Source: Candidatus Heimdallarchaeota archaeon
Lineage (GTDB): Archaea; Asgardarchaeota; Heimdallarchaeia; JABLTI01
Direction of reading: 5' to 3'
Assembly (NCBI GenBank): GCA_019058275.1
Contig: JAHLVW010000094.1
Location: 91,070 to 155,069 of the forward strand
Length of the DNA: 64,000 bases
Under the pieces are notes generated by a model that saw only the letters and a program-made list of their open reading frames with translations, ran no database searches and was not told the DNA's origin. The first letter of the stretch is position 1; the number at the start of each line of letters is the position of its first letter. The position numbers and the translations under genes are program-made. Of this stretch, positions 19,886 to 31,975 are shown one piece after another.

Positions 19886-20015
19886 TGTTAGAGGTTCGAT
19901 TATGGGCCAAACTACTTTGTGGAATAGCTTCTCAAAGAGTTTTTTGTTTACCTCAAAGAAATTTTTGCCTGTCTGCTTCCTCTTCTTCTTCTTTGGAATA
20001 ATTAATCACACACCT

Positions 20016-22703
20016 TTATTTTAGATTGAAGATTTTATCATAAGTGCTTTTCTTGAAACGTTCTTTAGCAACCACTAGATAAGAGATAGCTGTTTCATCT
20101 TTAAGAATTGTATAAGCAATTCCTAATGTTGCACTTTCCAATCTTAATAATATAACAACAGAAGACTTCTCAGGGATAACTGAGTTAATTTCCCAACCAA
20201 TACCTTCTAGTTGCTTGATTATGCCAGGGATTATGTCTTCAACCGGTCTATTGACAACACCTGATCTTTGATGCTTATCAAACCGAGTTGATTTTGAACC
20301 ATCAAAAAGAAACATGTTATGTCCATATTCCAGTTTTCTTTCTAGCGTACTTAGAACCATTTTCTCTGGGAATTTGCTTGGTTCTGGTATTGGAAAGTCC
20401 ATTTTTGCAGTAGATTTTCTGGGCTTAGTATCCCTAGGTTTTGGTTTATCAAGTAGAGGTTCAGGAATTAGTGGTTGAGTATCTTTCTTTCCTTCTACTC
20501 TTGGGCTTTTAATTTTTGATTCAATTAGAACATCTCTTTTGTCAAGTGAAGGTGCTTCAGCTTGCTTATGGTCACGCATTTTTTCTCTCAAGGATTTTGG
20601 TACAGCTTCACGTCCAGCATGTAACGAAGTTCTTGGTCTAACTTTCATTATAAAACTTCTATTCTGTGTTTTTTGATCAGAGAATAGTCCTACACCTGTT
20701 GGCATACTTCGAACAAAATCTGAATCCTCAAATTTCTCAGGAACAGATGAAGGTACTCGTTTAAGGAACGCTTTAATGTCATCCTCAAATGTCAATAAAT
20801 GGGTAACCATCAAATCAATTTGACTCATTATGTCTTTATGCATCGCAGATGGTTGTTGAGTTACTAATACTAACGCACACCCAGGTTTCCGACCTTGTTT
20901 TGCATATTCAATAAGCGGATCCGATGCTACTGTCTTTCTATTATGAGGTACTAGAACATGTGCTTCGTCTATTAATAGCCAGGTAATTGGTATTGCACCA
21001 TCGTCTTCACCAGACTCTTCGAAGATTTCACCTCGAGAGCTTTTTATTCTAGCTTCAAGTATCTTTCGAGCAATGATACCTACCAGTAAAGCTCGTAAGC
21101 TATCACCTATTTTTGGATTGCTAATGTCTAAAACAGAGATTTTATTTGGCGAGCTTAAACGTGATAATGGAGTTCCAGTTCCGGAGAATATTCCCCAACC
21201 CTTTGCAGCATTCATTCTAGATCTTATAGCTTGAATAGAATCACTTCGATAGGTATTAACAATTGAGGGATCATCTAAAGCAGAAATTATATCATCAATG
21301 GAATAATCAGGATTTTCCCTCGAGACAATTTGCATCGCTTTTTCAAGAACAGTTCCTCTAATTTCATACCTATCAATGTCAAATGTTTTACACCAATCTT
21401 CAATATACAAATCAGATGGTTTTAGAGCAAAAGGAGAATCTATAGTATCATCTCGGTAATCTCCATAAATGCCAATTGGAGTGAAAACTTCAATATTCTT
21501 GATATGATCAGGTTTTAATCCCCATTGTTCAAGGAGAACATTTTCACCTTTGTCAGTATTTTCATTCTTTAAAGCCCAAAAGATACCTATAGGATCTATG
21601 AGAATAATACCGAGACCTAAATTCGCTTTAGCTAATTCCTCTGCAATAACACCTAAAGTATAGCTTTTACCAGAACCTCTGTGTCCTGAAATAAAGAAGA
21701 CATGTGGAAAAACAGCGTCTACTAAAACTTTCTTACCATAGTTACCATGTTTACCTTTTTCAGTCACTCTACCCAAATACATGGTTCCTTGACAACCAAG
21801 TTTTTTGATGGTTGAACCACCTCGTCCCAAAATAATGGCATCTTCAGTTGGAGCATCTCTGCATTGCATTGGGAGATCCACTTCAGGTGAGAAATCCATA
21901 GCATTAGAAACTTCATCGATATTTCTTTGGATATTTTCCAAAACGTTTTCATTACGCATAAATCCTAAAACGAATAACAAATCAATAGGTTGATCGCATT
22001 GATAGATTTCAGTAGCTAATTGTTTTCTCATTTCAAAATTACGAGGACCAAAATCCGGATCATACATAGATTTAATCCAAATAACCTTATCAAGATAAGC
22101 TGCTGGCTTGTCAGAACCAGACATTTCCTTAGCTAAATCAATAATATTGCTTGGTAGTTCAAATTCTCTATTGGTCATTATGTAAGCAGTAGCATAAGGC
22201 CAGAGTTTTTCCTCTTTGGGTAATGAATCTAACAACTCATAGATCTTGTCCTTTAAATCGCTTTTATCAATAGAAATACTGTAAGCAAGTAATAAAGCAC
22301 ATATCCTATCATCAGGATCGGGCCATTTATCTTGAAGCTCAATAATACGATTAACTTGAGCCTCATCAATTACTACGGATCCTTCTCGATGTAGGAAATA
22401 TAACAATTTTAATTCATCTTCTTCTGGAACATAACTTTCTTTTGTCAAGATATCCCTTAAAATCTCTTTACCGTATTTTCGAGCATTAGTTGCATATTGT
22501 TTGTGATCTGTAATCTCATACGCTAACATATTTGCTCTTGCCAACAGTGCTCGTTCATGAGGTTCCAAAAGGGAACTATTCAAATCAGCTAGATTTTCGA
22601 GTACTGTTGGTAAATAATGGCAGGGAGATCGCCCAAATTCATACTTCATTTCTTTCACCATATGTATACAAATGTGTAATATACTTACAATATTTTTGCA
22701 CAA
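20016..22703 (-). CDS. HerA/FtsK-superfamily (DUF87-type) ATPase with N- and C-terminal extensions
   Basis: GHRGSGKS Walker A, IDPIG, LLIDEAH Walker B, QGRKPG arginine finger, TQQPS; true start probably ~22649. Confidence 0.85.
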   Translation of the reverse strand: MCKNIVSILHICIHMVKEMKYEFGRSPCHYLPTVLENLADLNSSLLEPHERALLARANMLAYEITDHKQYATNARKYGKEILRDILTKESYVPEEDELKLLYFLHREGSVVIDEAQVNRIIELQDKWPDPDDRICALLLAYSISIDKSDLKDKIYELLDSLPKEEKLWPYATAYIMTNREFELPSNIIDLAKEMSGSDKPAAYLDKVIWIKSMYDPDFGPRNFEMRKQLATEIYQCDQPIDLLFVLGFMRNENVLENIQRNIDEVSNAMDFSPEVDLPMQCRDAPTEDAIILGRGGSTIKKLGCQGTMYLGRVTEKGKHGNYGKKVLVDAVFPHVFFISGHRGSGKSYTLGVIAEELAKANLGLGIILIDPIGIFWALKNENTDKGENVLLEQWGLKPDHIKNIEVFTPIGIYGDYRDDTIDSPFALKPSDLYIEDWCKTFDIDRYEIRGTVLEKAMQIVSRENPDYSIDDIISALDDPSIVNTYRSDSIQAIRSRMNAAKGWGIFSGTGTPLSRLSSPNKISVLDISNPKIGDSLRALLVGIIARKILEARIKSSRGEIFEESGEDDGAIPITWLLIDEAHVLVPHNRKTVASDPLIEYAKQGRKPGCALVLVTQQPSAMHKDIMSQIDLMVTHLLTFEDDIKAFLKRVPSSVPEKFEDSDFVRSMPTGVGLFSDQKTQNRSFIMKVRPRTSLHAGREAVPKSLREKMRDHKQAEAPSLDKRDVLIESKIKSPRVEGKKDTQPLIPEPLLDKPKPRDTKPRKSTAKMDFPIPEPSKFPEKMVLSTLERKLEYGHNMFLFDGSKSTRFDKHQRSGVVNRPVEDIIPGIIKQLEGIGWEINSVIPEKSSVVILLRLESATLGIAYTILKDETAISYLVVAKERFKKSTYDKIFNLK

Positions 22704-22952
22704 TCTGTAATAATAACATTTGGAAATGTTTTTTCAAACATCTTCTGTAATTGTTTCTCTCACTTATTACTATTTAAAGTTGTTAAATTAATTTTCTGGA
22801 AAAAGTAATTGTAAATGTCAGTATCGCAACTTATAAAACAACTCTAAATTAGTCTATTACGTATAACACTTCAAGTAATATGAAATTACATACAATGATA
22901 CTTTGATTACTACGGAGATATCAAAGGGTACGAAAATAGGTTGTTGATTTAG

Positions 22953-25900
22953 TTGGTCTCGCAAATCATAATATCCCATGAGGACAGTACAAGTTTTTTT
23001 TCAATAGGTTCTGTTCAAGATGATGCATCGTTGGTTTCAGCTCTAGGTGGTGCCTTAGCTAGCTTTGCAATAGAAATGGGGCTTTCCGATACCGGCACAA
23101 CACAAGCGAATTATTCAAGATTTCAGAATGGTATTTTGATTTCAAAATGGTTGGAAATTGATAACCATCGACCATCTCTAATGATAGCACTTAGAGGTTT
23201 TGAAAATATAGCTCAATACCAGCAAATGTTTTTGATAGATTATGGTACTTTGATAACAAAAAAAATCATTACTACTTATGAAAAGATGTATGTAGGCGAT
23301 GGTGAAATTCCTAAATTTGATGAAGCTATCAAATTACTCCCATCTATAGCTCATGAGTTACAAAAAGATTCTCCAAGTACACTAAAAGAGTTCAAATCAA
23401 AAATAGATGAGTCGTCCTCAAAATTACTAGATGACATATGGGAGAATCAAGATGATAAGGGATTACATCCATTCAAATTTAGATCTCAATCTTATAGCGT
23501 CTCAAAATTAGAACAAATTAAAGATGAATTTACAAATTACTTCTATCGTGAAGGTACAAACCAAGATGCTCTTTTCCCATTAGGGTTTGCTGGTTCTTCA
23601 GATATGAGTCAAGTAAAGAAATTCGCAAATGGTTACCTAAAAAGGAAATCAAATTCATCACGTACTGAAATATCTAATGAGATAACTAAAATTGTCAACC
23701 AATTGCAACTTATGTCTAGTTTACGTTCAAAAAGAGGAAAACAAGTTATTGAAACTGTTGATCTCATTAATGCTGATGTAATTTTCGAAAAGCTTTCTGT
23801 TGCCAAAATTACTACTGTCGATAAAATCAGATCAAAGATTTTAAATGAATTGTATGCAACTTTATTACAAAAACTATACCAAAAATATCCTTTGAAATTC
23901 CTTTCAAATTCAAATAATCCTATTGATCTTAATTTTATCAGCAAAAGTTTTGAAAAATCTGTACAATCACTTTTGAATAGTTCCTTTTCCGACTCTGTTA
24001 GAATAACAAAACAATTTGCAACAATTCTACGAGATACTACTGCTGATTTTACTCCAGAAGAAGCTATTAATCAAAGAGAAAAAATTCTCAAAGAAGTTGA
24101 AAAACGGTATATTAGAAAAGTAATACAAGAAGATCCTTTCATCATAATTGCTGATTCACAGCTAAAGAGGTTAAAAAAAGTAGCAAATAAATTTGCAAAA
24201 GAATCATTTCAGCAATATAGAACAGCTCATGATGAAGCAATGGCTTTATGGTATATTATTAGACAAATTAATACCTCTATAGCAAAGATGAAATCAACAA
24301 CAATAACAAACCAAATGAAGATTCATCTCTTACAAGAGCTAGTTAGAAAGTATCAATTTAGAACTGTTCCAAAAATAATTTATGACCTAACAAAAGGTAT
24401 TCTCATCAATTTAGTTTCATCTTCTTCAACTAAGGATCCAATCAATTCATTAATTCAAAGAAATTTAAACACTTTTGAAAATGAATCAGCTATTAGAATT
24501 CCAGATGAATAAAGAAAATTATCTTTAGAAAACTCAAAGTTGTTAAGGTTTCAAAAAGCTTTGAAAATATAGAAGAGCTTTCGTATTTTTCTAGAGCATT
24601 TACTCTATCATTAGAGTCCACAATAGTAAAAATACTTGAGCTGTTTTTTGGAACTAAGAACTACCCTCAACCCCCTGAATTATTATCAGATTCAATTGAA
24701 GCAATAATCCTATCATCACAGAGTCTATACTCATTAGCTAGAGTAATTCAAGCAATAATTTCCCAATCTGGTGCTAAAGGATTATTCAGAAAAGAAACTG
24801 TAAATATTCTGCAAAGCACTAAGAAGTTTAAATCCGTTATTCCTAGTCCACTAGAACTCGCTAGAATTGCTTTAGAAAAAGGTTGGATGGTTGAATCTAC
24901 GAATGTAAAAAGAGAATATTCGAAAATCACTGATGGCCAGCTTTTAGCTAAAATAATTACAATTCCAAAGTTGGAATTATCAGGACGCATATCCAGCTTG
25001 GTAAAAGATCCCATTATTGTTATTGAATTGTATGTGTTATTCACAGAAATAGCTCTTATGAATAGATATTCAGCTCTTAAAGTAGAACTAAACAATCAAA
25101 AGAAAAGGTTGAGAACAGCAAATTCTCCATCTGGAAAGAAGAAAATAGCAAATAGAATTAAGAAAATAAAAACCATTATGCGATCTTTTGAACAAATTCT
25201 CTCTGGAGGGAACTTCATTCAAAAATTATTTTTGAGAAAGAAGGATTTACCAAAAATAGTGTCAGATGCAGCAAAAGAAAGATATCCTAAACTAAATTAC
25301 TATCCTGATAATTTTAAAATTGATGGAGAGAATAGTATGGTTTTTGGTGAAAACATCACCGTAAACATGGATCCAATGTTCGGTAGCTACCAGAAACTCT
25401 TAGAGGTTTTCGCATCAACCTGGGTAAAAGACTCAGAGTATATAAAGAAATTAAAAGAAGAAATTCTTTGGAGAATTTTAGAGAAAAACTCAAAAAACCA
25501 ACCATTAGAGCGAAAAATAATTGGTAACCTACAACAGGCTGCTCAACAAGGTGAAAGGGTAGATCAAGAAACCATTGTTAGAACAACTATAGAGCAAGAA
25601 GTTTCACTAATGTTCAACAAGGCAATTCGGGAATCGATTTCCTTAGCATTTAATTCAATAAAAGATGATCTAATTGTAAAGATAGACTTGAGAACAAGAG
25701 AATTTTATATCTCAATTGAAACCATCGATTTGGATAAGCAATATTTACAATCAGTATTTGATAAATTGGCCTATACAAAATATATGAAGAAAGCTGATGA
25801 TAAAACAGAAATTAGATTGAATATATCAGAATTGCTTCCATTGATTAGCTCTCGAAAGAAGAAAAATCAAGCTATTAGAGCTTTCTTGAGAGATGGTATA

Positions 25901-26044
25901 AAGGAAAATTTGAGATCAAGACATTTGAAATCACTAAATGCTTTAGGAGAATTAATAGAACTATATATTGGAGATCAAGCTGGAGATTTATTTTTTAAGA
26001 AGAGTCGAATTTTGGAACAACTCGTACTCGAATCTATAGACTAA
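22953..26044 (+). CDS. Large protein with N-terminal longin-like domain (~1030 aa; -1 frameshift at ~24508); paralog of 28842-31952
   Basis: DASLVSALGGALASFAIEMG longin-type helix; sequence after the shift (KKIIFRK...FENIEELSYF...PSPLELARIA) aligns with the paralog. Confidence 0.7.
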
Positions 26045-26178
26045 AGTTGAATTTACTCTAAAGAAAACAAAGAGTAAGATATTACTATCATTAAAATAAT
26101 TATCTAGTCAATGAAAATAGTCTTATTAAACATAGTTTATACATCGAATTACTAGTTAAAATTTCTAGAGGAACTAAA

Positions 26179-27465
26179 ATGAAAAGTTTAATTATAGATG
26201 CCCAAATTGCTGGTGCATCAGGTGACATGTTTCTAAGTGCTCTACTTGACCTGGTTTATTCCGATGATAAAAAGAAAATAGATGCTGATAAGAAACGTAA
26301 GAACCTTTTATTGGATATAGCTACCAAAATCACCCTTGCTGAAGACTTGAAGGAAAAAGCAAGTTTAGACATTGATTTGATAAGAAAGAATGTAGCTGCA
26401 CTTGAAGGGATTAATTTAAAAATAACTTTAAAAGAACCAAATAGACACCTAAAAGTTCCACAAGCTCATAAAATATTAGAAAATATCTTCAAACAAATGA
26501 AACTTTCTGATAAAGCTCAAGAATTTAGCAAAAGAGCTTTAGACATTTTATTTGATGCTGAATCTAAAGTCCATGGAGAATCATTAGAGAATGTACATTT
26601 ACATGAAGCTGGCTCTTTAGATACTTTCTTAGATATCATTGGATCAGCATATTTATTGGACCAATTAGAACTATTTGATGCGAAAATTTTTCTACTCCCT
26701 GTTGCACTGGGCTCTGGTACTGTTACATTTTCACATGGAACTCTACCTGTTCCTGCACCTGCTGTTACTGAAATAGTTAAACAATATAAAATTCCCGTTC
26801 ACAGTGGAACCTTAAAAGGTGAACTGCTCACACCAACAGGTGCAATACTAATTGCTTCTCTTCTAGAAATTTCAAAAGGATTAGCAGTTAAAGAATGTCC
26901 ATACATCACTATTAATCATATTGGAATTGGTTTTGGTAATAGGGAATATGAAAAAACACCAAATGCTTTGCGTTTGATTTTAGGCAAAGAACTAGAAGAA
27001 AAACTTCTGCAAGAGGAGATTGCTATTATTGAAACAAATATTGATGATTGCTCAGGAGAAACCATAGGATTCCTAAGTCAAAGGCTATTAGATATGGGTG
27101 CTAAAGATGTTTATTTGACACCAATATATATGAAGAAAGGAAGACCTGGAACAAAAATTTCTGTTCTCTGCAATGTTGATGAAACTAAGCTCTTTTCAAC
27201 TGAAATAATGAATCAAACAAGTACAATTGGCGTTAGAATAATCAACAGCACAAAAATCATGTTTAAAAGAGAAATTAAACAATTCAAAGTGGAAATTAAA
27301 GGAAAAACATTTACTGTTAGGGGAAAGATAGCTTACAATACTAAGGGTGAAGTTGCACATTTTAAACCTGAATTTGATGATGTTAAAATAATCATTGAAG
27401 AAACTGGTTTAACAAGTAATGAAGTAGTTTCCATTACTAGAAGAGAAATAGCTAAGAAATTATAA
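26179..27465 (+). CDS. larC: Nickel pincer cofactor biosynthesis protein LarC
   Basis: AGASGDMFLSALLD, VHLHEAG..D, HGTLPVPAPA, GELLTPTGA, ETNIDD, MKKGRPG, KPEFDD. Confidence 0.93.
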   Translation: MKSLIIDAQIAGASGDMFLSALLDLVYSDDKKKIDADKKRKNLLLDIATKITLAEDLKEKASLDIDLIRKNVAALEGINLKITLKEPNRHLKVPQAHKILENIFKQMKLSDKAQEFSKRALDILFDAESKVHGESLENVHLHEAGSLDTFLDIIGSAYLLDQLELFDAKIFLLPVALGSGTVTFSHGTLPVPAPAVTEIVKQYKIPVHSGTLKGELLTPTGAILIASLLEISKGLAVKECPYITINHIGIGFGNREYEKTPNALRLILGKELEEKLLQEEIAIIETNIDDCSGETIGFLSQRLLDMGAKDVYLTPIYMKKGRPGTKISVLCNVDETKLFSTEIMNQTSTIGVRIINSTKIMFKREIKQFKVEIKGKTFTVRGKIAYNTKGEVAHFKPEFDDVKIIIEETGLTSNEVVSITRREIAKKL

Positions 27466-27490
27466 ACTTACGTGTTTGGAGTCATACTTC

Positions 27491-28525
27491 TTAAGTACTT
27501 TTCTTAGGAACAAGCTCCAACATACAATAGCGATCTCTTTTTCCTGCATGATAGAGCTCTTTAATCTTTATGGGAATGCTAAAAATCTCACTTAATAATC
27601 CAACCCACATACCACGGATGAAGGTACATCTATTAACAAATTTCTTATCAGCACAGAATAAACGACATTCATAATATATCAAGTAATTAATTGCATGTCG
27701 ATCCCTAAGTGTAGTTTGTAATCTACTAATTAAAGAACCTGATATTTTAGTAGAAAGGATTTTAACAACAAATTCACCTAGAATTTCGGACATGTTTAAG
27801 ATTTCATTTTCCTCTTCATTTTCAGTAAGCTTCATAATAATCAATGATAGATTTTCCATGGTTGGATTTTTTAGTGCTTCTTTAACAAAATCACTTTCAT
27901 CAGTAACATTAGCGACATATGATTCTGTAACAACTTTCCATATAGTTTCGAATAGAATCACAGAAGGAACATCTTTTGTAAAAATTGGATTAAACATAGA
28001 ATCAATTGTCAATGTCTCATGTATTGATCTATCAGCAACTTCAAAAGGAACAGCGCTAGGTTTATCTAAAACAGTATCTGCTTGGATCTTTTTTCTAGTT
28101 AAGGTGATATTATAATAGCTTGAAGAGCTTAATGAAAGCTCTACTTTTGCTGACACTGGTGATTTGAAAATGTAACTTCCAATTCCCTCAAAAAGTGCTT
28201 GTATAACTAGTAAAGCTCCTTTGGAATCAGCTATTTCATTAACAATAAACCTATTTTTGCCTAGGTTAATATTGCCATTTCCTCGTTCAAGATTGATATC
28301 CATTCCTATACTTTTCCAACCTAGTGTTTCAAGTAACTCTCTCGATGCTTCTTTGACATCTCTAGTATCTTCTTCTCTCAAAGTTTTTTCGCTAATGAAT
28401 TTCCCTACTTTAGAAACAAATTGCTCACAATGAGCCTTATTATCAACTACCAAATCCGCAGATTGTATTAATGAATAGAATATTGTTCGAATCATACGTT
28501 GTTCTTTTATGATATCCAGAGCCAT
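27491..28525 (-). CDS. Tandem V4R/Bet3-like domain protein
   Basis: LGW..I..D motif in the N-half; ECRLFC...CTFIRGMWVGLLSEIF..IKELYHAGKRDRYC in the C-half. Confidence 0.65.
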   Translation of the reverse strand: MALDIIKEQRMIRTIFYSLIQSADLVVDNKAHCEQFVSKVGKFISEKTLREEDTRDVKEASRELLETLGWKSIGMDINLERGNGNINLGKNRFIVNEIADSKGALLVIQALFEGIGSYIFKSPVSAKVELSLSSSSYYNITLTRKKIQADTVLDKPSAVPFEVADRSIHETLTIDSMFNPIFTKDVPSVILFETIWKVVTESYVANVTDESDFVKEALKNPTMENLSLIIMKLTENEEENEILNMSEILGEFVVKILSTKISGSLISRLQTTLRDRHAINYLIYYECRLFCADKKFVNRCTFIRGMWVGLLSEIFSIPIKIKELYHAGKRDRYCMLELVPKKST

Positions 28526-28841
28526 GATAATGTTTCCGATTTAATAATTTTTAATACGAATCAATCAGTGTTTTAGTTGTTACAATAACAAGGAATTTTA
28601 TTGATAGAATCCTTTGATATGATAATATCTGTAAAACAACTCGTTAAAAAGCACTTTGATATCGACAAATCCGTTCAAATAATTTTTTGCCTTTTTTAAA
28701 CCTTTAAATAGTATTATTGTATAATTCAAAAGTGTTTTAAAAGAAATGCTTTCTTAAATTCAACATATCTTCCCCATAATTACAACTATTTCCATTCATC
28801 TACAGTTTTACTGTGAGTATAATCACGATTGGTGTTAAAAT

Positions 28842-31800
28842 TTGGATGCTCAAATCATCATATCACGTGAGGATAATACTGACTTCCTCTCCATTGGCTT
28901 TATACAAACTGATACTTCATTAGTAAGTGCTTTAGGTGGCGCCTTAGCTAATTTTGCAGAAGAAATTGGTTTAGCAGGTGATCGAGCATCTGGAGAAAAA
29001 TCAGAAACAAAAAAAGATGCGATTAATTTCTCTAGGTTTCAAAACGGCATACTTGTATCTAAAATCGTTCCAGTAAAGGAACATAATCCAATTATATTAA
29101 TTGCTATCAAAGGTTTTGATGGAGAAGATCGAGAATTAGATTTCGTAGTTGATTATGCTTCTGAATTGGCCAAACAAATTGTAACGAAATTTGAAGCTGA
29201 GTATACAAGTATAGGAATTGTTCCTAGAATCGATGATTCTTTTGACATTGTATCAAATGTTGCTCATCAAATGTATCGTAAATCAAGTGATAAAGTAAGA
29301 TTTTTTACTAAATCCTTGAAATCTAAAATAACCTCTCTTCTAGATGATTTATGGGTTAATCAAATTGAATTCGAGCCATGGTCTCGCAATCAAACATCAA
29401 AGAAAATATCAACAATGTCTCAATCTGAGGTGCAAAAGGAGTTAGCTAAATACTTCTATATCCAAGGTATAAAGATGGATGGTTTCTTCCCATTAGTTTT
29501 CTCATCATCAAGCAATCCTCTTGGTGAGCTTACTAAATTAATTGAGCATTTCCTTAATAAAAAAGCAGCTATAGCTAGAAAGGAAATTGTAAGTGAAATT
29601 ACAAAAATCTATACTCAACTAAAGGATTCTTCACGTGCACTTTCTAAAAGAGGAACAATAGAAATTCCTGAGGTTGAACTCATAAATGAGAGTTTTATCT
29701 TCGAAAAGGTTCTTGTTACAAAAACTAATAATCTTGAGAAAGTATCAGCTGATTTAATTAGCTCTACTAATAAAGAATTGTATAAAAAATTGTTTAGGAA
29801 ATATCCACTAAAGTTTGTGGCTATGTCAAAAGATGTTGTTTTTGATAAATCTGAGCTAGATAGAATTGTTACAAAAGTTCTAGATAATATAATAAAAACT
29901 GAAATATCAGATCGGACCTGGCTAACTAAAAAAATAGCTTCTATTTTACGACAAGTCACTTCCAAATACACCCCAAATGATGTAATGAAGAAGAAAACAC
30001 AAATCCTTGAGAAGGTCAATTCTGAATTTATTGGCTCATTGAAAAAAGAACATCCATTTATTTTGTTAGCTGTTCCAAAATTATCACAATTAGCTAGTTA
30101 TGTTAAAACTGAAGCTGCAAATTCATTAGAACGATTCAAGACAACATTAGATGAAGCTGTAATTTTATATAATGTAATTGGAGAGATTCACTCATCTCTT
30201 TCAAACGAAAGATCACCATCAACACAGGATTTGATGATTCTCTATTTCTTACAATCAGTAATTCAACCATATCAATTCCGAGAAGTTTCAGGTATAGTTT
30301 ACTCATTAATAACAGAATGTTTGGAAAAAACTGCTTATGGTAAACGATATAAACCTGCAACGATAATACAAAATAATATATCAAAATTTGAAAGGAAATT
30401 AAACTTTCAATTGATACCTGAAACTAAGAGCTTAGTATTAAGAAGAATTTCAAGAGCTAAACCAACACAACAACGTTTTGAAACATTTGAAAACCTGTCG
30501 TATTTCTTCAAATCTTTCAGAGCTTCATTAGAACTAACAATTACAAGAATCTTGCAAACTATATTTGGACCTGAGAAATTACCAAATATACCTTCTGTGA
30601 TAACAAACATTCGCAACCAGTTAGCTAGTGATTTACAAAGTGTTTATGTTATAACTCAATTAATTGGAAAAATCACTAAAAGACCACATGCTCGAGAGCT
30701 TTACTCAAATGATAATTCAAAATTCCTAGAGAAGAACACAAAATTTAGACACATATTTCCATCACCTTTAGATCTTGCTCGAATAGCTTACAATACTGGT
30801 TGGATTAAACCAACTGAAAAGAAGAAAGAACCCAAAATTCCTGACATTCAATTAAATGCATTAAAAGTCAAAATTCCTTCATTAAAACTTGAAGGTAAAC
30901 TTTCAACATTACTTGAAAAACCAATTGTTCTAGAAAAATTATGGGTAAATTATTCCTTATTGGCTTTAGATAAGCGTCAAAAAGAGTTGAAAGTTTTAAT
31001 ATCCAAATATGAAAAGCAAGCTAAGGTTTCCGCTGGACAAACTAGCGGAAAGAAGAAGTACGGTTTAATAATTAAACGCCTAAAAGAATCTAATAGATGG
31101 TTAAGTAACATTGTCTCTGGTGGAGGGTTTATGCGAAAGCTCTTCTCAGGAGGAAAAGAACTCACTCAAATTTTCCAAGATATTTCGCAAAACACATACC
31201 CAAGTTTTAAAGAACATCCAGAGACCTTTCAAAATGAGATTACTTTAAAAAATAGATCACTAAATGCTTCAATTCCAATTGATGGCGATTTTCAAGAACT
31301 AATGATGATTTATGCATCTCTTTGGGTTGCTGATTCTAAATATATTGAAAACATTGCTGATGAGCTATTTTGGGATGGTATCCTAAAATCGAATGGTATT
31401 AATCAATACAGTTCTCTACTTGATAAAAAGATAAATCAAAACTTGAAAACTTCATACAAAAAAGACTCTATAAAGGACCAGAAAGCAGTAATTCGTAATG
31501 CTATTGTAGAAGAGGTAGTTCCAGCATTTAACAAAATCGTTAGAACAACAATGGCAAGTTCATTCGATGTGCTAAAAGATAATCGAATTGTGAGTTTTGA
31601 TGAAAAAACCAATGATTGGTATATATCTTTGGGTACTGTGAATATCCCTATTAATTCAATGAAACACATTTTCAGTACAATAGAAAATGTGAGTTTTGTT
31701 AAAAGTAGAGATGATTTAACAGAAGCTAGGCTTCTATTGAACAAATATTATTCACTTAAACGCTCAAAAGAATCTCAAACCCTTGAAGAATTCATTCGTA

Positions 31801-31952
31801 AAGCAGCTTACAATCACTTGAATAAGAGCGAAGTAAAAGCACTAGAATTTTTCAGTGAATTAAATGAGAAATATATTGGAAAATCAGCTGCTGATACATT
31901 TTATTCAAATATCAGATCGTTAGCTCAGATAATCATAACACCAGTAGAATAA
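28842..31952 (+). CDS. Large protein with N-terminal longin-like domain
   Basis: DTSLVSALGGALANFAEEIG, NFSRFQNGIL; full-length similarity to 22953-26044. Confidence 0.72.
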   Translation: MDAQIIISREDNTDFLSIGFIQTDTSLVSALGGALANFAEEIGLAGDRASGEKSETKKDAINFSRFQNGILVSKIVPVKEHNPIILIAIKGFDGEDRELDFVVDYASELAKQIVTKFEAEYTSIGIVPRIDDSFDIVSNVAHQMYRKSSDKVRFFTKSLKSKITSLLDDLWVNQIEFEPWSRNQTSKKISTMSQSEVQKELAKYFYIQGIKMDGFFPLVFSSSSNPLGELTKLIEHFLNKKAAIARKEIVSEITKIYTQLKDSSRALSKRGTIEIPEVELINESFIFEKVLVTKTNNLEKVSADLISSTNKELYKKLFRKYPLKFVAMSKDVVFDKSELDRIVTKVLDNIIKTEISDRTWLTKKIASILRQVTSKYTPNDVMKKKTQILEKVNSEFIGSLKKEHPFILLAVPKLSQLASYVKTEAANSLERFKTTLDEAVILYNVIGEIHSSLSNERSPSTQDLMILYFLQSVIQPYQFREVSGIVYSLITECLEKTAYGKRYKPATIIQNNISKFERKLNFQLIPETKSLVLRRISRAKPTQQRFETFENLSYFFKSFRASLELTITRILQTIFGPEKLPNIPSVITNIRNQLASDLQSVYVITQLIGKITKRPHARELYSNDNSKFLEKNTKFRHIFPSPLDLARIAYNTGWIKPTEKKKEPKIPDIQLNALKVKIPSLKLEGKLSTLLEKPIVLEKLWVNYSLLALDKRQKELKVLISKYEKQAKVSAGQTSGKKKYGLIIKRLKESNRWLSNIVSGGGFMRKLFSGGKELTQIFQDISQNTYPSFKEHPETFQNEITLKNRSLNASIPIDGDFQELMMIYASLWVADSKYIENIADELFWDGILKSNGINQYSSLLDKKINQNLKTSYKKDSIKDQKAVIRNAIVEEVVPAFNKIVRTTMASSFDVLKDNRIVSFDEKTNDWYISLGTVNIPINSMKHIFSTIENVSFVKSRDDLTEARLLLNKYYSLKRSKESQTLEEFIRKAAYNHLNKSEVKALEFFSELNEKYIGKSAADTFYSNIRSLAQIIITPVE

Positions 31953-31975
31953 AAAAAGAGAGTAAAAAACTCTCT
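31951..31975 (-). terminator. Hairpin plus U-tract terminator
   Basis: AGAGAGT (31957-31963) / ACTCTCT (31969-31975) followed on the minus strand by a T run. Confidence 0.55.
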
